Below are positions 61,255 to 64,000 of a stretch of 64,000 bases of DNA, one piece after another. A model generated the notes under the pieces. That model did not search any database and was not told the origin of the DNA. It saw nothing but the letters and a program-made list of their open reading frames with translations. The position numbers were made by a program, and so were the translations under genes. Location: the NCBI RefSeq assembly GCF_963506605.1, contig NC_083284.1, positions 40,300,001 to 40,364,000 on the forward strand, written 5' to 3'. This stretch comes from Zootoca vivipara. Its lineage: Eukaryota. Position 1 is the first letter of the stretch. The number at the start of each line of letters is the position of its first letter.

Positions 61255-61606
61255 TAAAGGTAAAGGTAAAGGAACCCTGACTGTCAAGTCCAGTTGCAAA
61301 CAACTCTGGGGTGGCGGCACTCATCTCACTTTACTGGCCAAGGGAGCCAACATTTGTCCGCAGACAGTTTTTCTGGGTCATGTGTCCAGCATGACTAAGC
61401 CGCTTCTGGTGCAACGGAACACCGAAATCAGAGCAGCGCACAGAAACGCCGTTTACCTTCCCGCCGGAGTGATACCTATTTATCTACTTGCACTTTGACA
61501 TGCTTTTGAACTGCTAGGTGGGCAGGAGCTGGGACCGAGCAACGGGAGCTCACCCCATCGCAGGGATTCGAACCGCTGACCTTCCAATCGGCAAGCCCTA
61601 GGCTCA
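61255..61606 (-). mobile_element. Sauria SINE, slightly 5'-truncated
   Basis: (TAAAGG)n tail, CAGGGATTCGAACCGCTGACCTTCC B-box region; possible TSD TCAATA. Confidence 0.92.
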
Positions 61607-61612
61607 ATAATA

Positions 61613-62880
61613 CTACACTTATGCAGGAATAGCCAGCTGCACAAATATAAGATGGGGGACACCTGGATCACCAGAAGAAAAGGTGAAAAGGATCTGGGGG
61701 TCTTAGTAGACCATAAGCTTAACAGGAGTCAAGCATGTGATGCAGCAGCAAGAAGAGCTAATGCTATTCTACACTGCATCAATGTAAGTATTGTTACATG
61801 CACCCCACCTCCAAGATTCCAGGGGTCCCAGGCACTCACCCATGGTCATGTTTCTCTTATGAATTCCAAGCATGGCAGAGGCTGTAGAGTTTTAAGATAT
61901 ATTTTACATTTACATACTTCTAGAACTACATTGATAGGAAGAGAGTTTACAACATTACATCTCCTTGTTTCTCTCCTTCTTTCAGCCCTCTTGCGCCCAG
62001 AACAGCTAGCCTTGCTCCCCAGTCTCTGAGCTGCAGGCTTTCCAGTTAGCAGCCAAGATAGTTCTGGCCCCCTAACCTGTGCCTGGAGTTTTGGCCTGGA
62101 CTGCCTGTCTTCTTCCCAGCACACCATTCAAAACGCAGCCTCCCCGCTTTGCCCCAGCTACTGCAAGTGTGGTCCAAAAAGCCCTAAATCTTCCTGTGAC
62201 ATCATGCGCAGTTACCCAGGCAACCTTCCAAATCTTCTCTCTGTGTCCACTCCTCAGAGCAAGGGGAAAGGACAGCTCTTTTGCATTGCCAATGGCCCTT
62301 AATGGCTAGCCCAGCCAGGCTGTTTTGCATGGGCTAACCCAGAAATTCCTCTGCAGCTTGTATTCCCCCCTCATATTCCAAATATTATCTAAATACTACT
62401 GTTTATTAATTTCTGCTATTCACTAATAGACTCTGGAACCCTAAATCTGTATCAGTGCCATGTGGTGATCAAGGGGAGACTCTATTCTGCCTTGGTCAGA
62501 CCACCTACCTGGAGTACTGTGTCCAGTTCTGGGAACCATAATTCTAGAAGGATATTGAGAAGCTGGAATATGTGTGCAGAAGGGGACCAAGAGGATAAAT
62601 GATCTGGAAACTAAGCCTTATGAAGAACAGGGGAGTTGGGTATGTTTAGCCTGGAAAAGAGGCAAATGAGAGGCGATGTAATAGCCATCTTCAAATATCT
62701 GAAGGGCTGTCACATGGAATATGGAGCAAGCCTGTTTTCTCCTGCTCCAGAGGGTAGGAAGGATCCTTGGAGGTTTTTAAGCAGAGGGTGGATGGCCATT
62801 TGTCATGTTTGATCTAGTTGAGATTCCTGCATTGCAGGGGGTTGGACTAGATTACTTCCTAACTCTATGATTCCATGATT
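61613..62880 (+). mobile_element. CR1 LINE 3' fragment split by a solo LTR
   Basis: YKMGDTW...EKDLGVLVDHKLNRSQACDAAARRANAILHCI, resuming LYSALVRP..LEYCVQFW; ends in CTATGATTCCATGATTC CR1 tail. Confidence 0.9.
61792..62454 (-). mobile_element. Probable solo LTR (Gypsy-like) inserted in CR1
   Basis: TGTTACA...TGTATCA termini interrupt the CR1 frame; motif ATTCCAGGGGT(C/T)CCAGGC(A/G)CT shared with a related fragment near 59985-60008; orientation inferred. Confidence 0.6.
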
Positions 62881-63171
62881 CACTGACTGCTTAAAAAAAA
62901 AATCATTAATGGGCCAACAGCCATTACAGTTATTCACTATATTTTGACATATTGCTAACTCATGTTTTAGAATTCTTAGTGGGGTAGCTCCTACGCCACT
63001 GAAAATAATGCCAATATATTTCACATCTGGCAACCAATACACCCCTTTGGTTTCAGATGATACATGGGTGAACGAGTCTACAAAGCCCGGGACACAAATT
63101 TTCACAGCCCTCTAGCAAAAGTAATGTATTTAGTGTATACTCAATCCTGACCAAACGAAGCCTCCTAGGAG

Positions 63172-63325
63172 CAGGGCTTTTAAAGGGGAACTTGCAGGAA
63201 CTCAGTTCCGGCATCTCCCAGATGGGTTCTGGCACCCACCTGGTGGGTGCCATTGCCACTCTAAGAGAATGAGGGAGGTGTTCATGGTGAGTTCTGGCAC
63301 CTCTTTTTCTAGAAAAATAGCACTG
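63172..63325 (+). mobile_element. Intact hAT MITE (family of the outer element at 38049-38800)
   Basis: Perfect TSD CCTAGGAG (63164-63171 / 63326-63333); CAGGGCTTTT...AAAATAGCACTG. Confidence 0.88.
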
Positions 63326-63634
63326 CCTAGGAGGCTTTTACTCTCAGAAGCTCAGCATCAGGCTAAGGGCCAGGAATTCACCCTGGGTCATGAACTGGCA
63401 ACACTATGCCCCAGACTTTCAATCTTGGTTACTGTTGGATTCAGACTCATGGCTGAAATGCTGACAATCACAGGGAGGTTTCCAGGTATGCTCAAGCAAT
63501 AAGGTGTTAAAAGAGAGGTTGGGTAGCCATCTATCAGTGATTCTTTAACTCCACCTCTACAGTCCTAGGATTCGGTGATCATGCTTTCAAACCCTCTTCA
63601 CACCATGGTAGACATGCAAAGGTCCAAAAAGGAG

Positions 63635-63850
63635 GCTGGCCACGATTGCTCTGTTCAACCTACACTGTTAGATACAGTATGCCTCTGAATACCTGTTCCT
63701 GGCAATCACAGGTGGGCAGAGGGCTGTTGCCCTCATGTCTGGCTTGCGGGTTTCCTATAGGCATCTGGTTGGCCACGGTGAGAGCAGGATGTTGGACTAG
63801 GTGGTCCATTGGCCTGATCCAGCAGGCTGTTCTTAAGTTTGCATGTTCTG
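63635..63850 (+). mobile_element. CR1 LINE 3' UTR fragment
   Basis: GGCATCTGGTTGGCCACGGTGAGAGCAGGATGTTGGACTAGGTGGTCCATTGGCCTGATCCAGCAGG. Confidence 0.75.
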
Positions 63851-64000
63851 GGGGACACTGTGGTGGGGCTTGCATGCTAGCCTTGACCCCATCCATGCTC
63901 ATAGGCCCTTGCATGTTCAGGCAATCACCTGAATAGGGTTATTTCTGCATCTAAACTAGTTCTGCAACTGCAGCTTGATGCAAATCAGCCATGAGGGCAT

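Overview
Eukaryotic, repeat-rich, mostly non-coding DNA from a squamate reptile, most likely a lacertid-type lizard. This is inferred from five Sauria SINEs, a BovB LINE, a Squam3-like SINE head, and CR1 and L2 relics. There is no complete protein-coding gene: nearly all ORFs in the track are chance or TE-derived, and the window looks intronic or intergenic, with three assembly gaps. It is densely populated by non-autonomous DNA transposons (hAT MITEs with 8-bp TSDs, Tc1/mariner Tigger-like MITEs with TA TSDs), often nested, plus two solo LTRs. The main discovery is two unrelated hAT-type elements that appear to carry captured host CpG-island gene ends ('Pack-hAT' elements). (1) 38111-38616, the innermost of three nested hAT elements, carries a decayed piece of a pappalysin (PAPPA2-like) coding exon, with furin-type site, LYFSG...PEGGQ motif and the native splice donor. 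(2) 20037-21512, with a perfect CTCTAGAT TSD and 14-bp TIRs, carries about 1.2 kb of CpG-rich promoter/5' exon-like DNA (CCAAT box, GC box, CHR-like motif, splice sites). Several other MITEs carry arrays of CpG-island promoter factor motifs (GABPA, YY1, NRF1, ZNF143). A few isolated splice-signal-defined candidate exons are noted, including a 24-nt neural-type microexon candidate, but no host gene could be named. All family assignments are by eye and from recall, not from database searches.
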